In this document: piece by piece, positions 62,681 through 64,000 of the stretch
Position numbering within the stretch: the stretch's first letter is position 1
How the letters are laid out: each line of letters begins with the position of its first letter
Origin: the human T2T-CHM13v2.0 reference genome, Homo sapiens
Length of the DNA stretch: 64,000 nt
Assembly (NCBI RefSeq): GCF_009914755.1
Contig: NC_060926.1
Strand: one strand, 5' to 3'
Made by a program: the position numbers and the translations under genes
Notes under the pieces: model-generated
Databases searched by the model: none
Seen by the model: only the letters and a program-made list of their open reading frames with translations
What the model was told of the DNA's origin: nothing

Positions 62681-62920
62681 TGTTACAGGAAGGGGGTCCC
62701 CATCCAGATGCCTAGAGAGGGTTCTTGGATCTCACACAAGAGTTAAGGGTGAGTCCATAAAGTGAAAGTGAAGGAATAAAAGAATGACTACTCCATACAC
62801 ACAGGGCTGCTGGTTGCCCATTTTTATGGTTATTTCTTGATTATATGCTAAACAAGGGGTGGCTTATTTTACCCAGCTCCTATTCAAGATGGAGTTCCTC
62901 TGGTTCACACGCCTCTGACA
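62681..62920 (-). mobile_element. MER4A-like solo LTR, internally deleted
   Basis: TGTTAC...GCCTCTGACA termini with 4-bp TSD AAGG; only 240 bp. Confidence 0.8.
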
Positions 62921-63399
62921 AAGGGACCCAGGGCTTATTCCACAGAGGAGTGATAAATGTATTTGCATGGAATCTTTTTCTTTTTCTTTTTCTTTTTTTT
63001 TTAAGACAGGGTTTTGCTCTGTCGCCCAGGCTGGAGTGCAGTGGTATGATCATGGCTCATTGAAGCCTTGACCTCCTGGGCACACATGATTCCTCCCACT
63101 TTGGCCTCTTGAATAGCTGAAACTAGAGGTGTGCGCCACCATGCCCAGCTAATTTTTAAATTTTCTTTAATAGAGATGGAGTCTTGCTTTGTTGCCCAAG
63201 CTGGTCTTGAACTCCTGATATCAAAGAATCCTCCTGCCTTGGCCTCCCAAATTGCTGGGATTACAGGTATAAGCCACTGGTCCAGCCCATTTGCATGATT
63301 CTTACTTATGCTAAATTTGTATTTTGATAAGTAAGGCTTCTGGAAGAGAGAAGACAGGGAGATGAGTAGGAGAGTGAGTACTTTTTAAAGAGATTTCAG

Positions 63400-64000
63400 A
63401 GGCCAGGAAGTGCGATCTGGTTCTGGAATAAATTTGCTTGTGCATAGTTGCCTTGCCTATGAATGGGAGGAGGTAGAAGTGGTGGATGCACTCAGGGACT
63501 TACATGAAATAGGATGTGAGGAGTTGTTCTTTGTTAAAAGTCACTGTCTATAATGGGAGCCCTACAAGGACATCTAAGAATTCATCTGAGCCAGATAAGT
63601 TGCAGCAGTCAGGTACAAACAAAGGTCAGCAAACTTTGAGAAGTGGCAAATTTAGTTTTTGTTTGCTAGCAGTAAGTACATTTTGTTGTGTAGCAATTAC
63701 ATCTGTCAGTTCTAGGCAAAATTTTCCCAAGTACCTATTACTCTTGGGAGTTTTAGACCCAAATATTCATCTGTGCTGTTTTCTGAGTAGATGTTCCGTC
63801 AAGATCTCAAATTTTCTTAGTTGCAAGCTGAGCTTCTCTTCTTCCTTAAACCTGCTTCTCTTTCTAGATCTTAATATTGAAATCTTGGGGTCATTTTCCA
63901 GCTGCCCGAACTAAAACCACTTATTGTGTTCAGTCTCTTCCTGCTGCCTCCTGTAATCGGTTGTCAGGTCTTGTCATGCTGTCTAATTGAGTGCTGTCCT
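63400..64000 (+). mobile_element. Degenerate L2 fragment
   Basis: Reverse complement resembles the L2 antisense stretch at ~43000. Confidence 0.5.

Noticed and set aside
63516-63914. 132-aa + strand ORF
   Set aside because: Lies in L2-like sequence, has a non-ATG start and is not GPD2 coding.

Overview
Human-type (primate) genomic DNA, very rich in Alu, L2, MIR and LTR elements. A CpG island at ~28.3-29.5 kb holds two alternative non-coding first exons that I recognise from memory as the 5' end of GPD2 (mitochondrial glycerol-3-phosphate dehydrogenase, chr2q24.1, neighbour of NR4A2), transcribed on +. The rest of the window to 64 kb is intron 1, and the ATG exon lies beyond the window. No intact CDS is supportable; the ORF track is mostly Alu, SVA, L2 and CpG-island artefact. 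Intron 1 holds a near full-length antisense SVA with target-site duplications (TSDs). Two U13 snoRNA retrocopies and several solo LTRs are also present. The main hunt result is a chain of AG/GT-bounded, low-stop, often phase-compatible + strand frames in the AT-rich unique DNA from ~3.1 to ~23.9 kb. This looks like a decayed multi-exon gene (candidate unitary pseudogene) directly upstream of GPD2, and part of it resembles a PTEN/tensin-type phosphatase-like domain by eye. Other items include a perfect ERSE-II in the promoter, two perfect NRF2-type AREs, a DR5/NBRE composite and two non-TE local duplications. Repeat subfamily calls and gene identity are from recall, not database searches.
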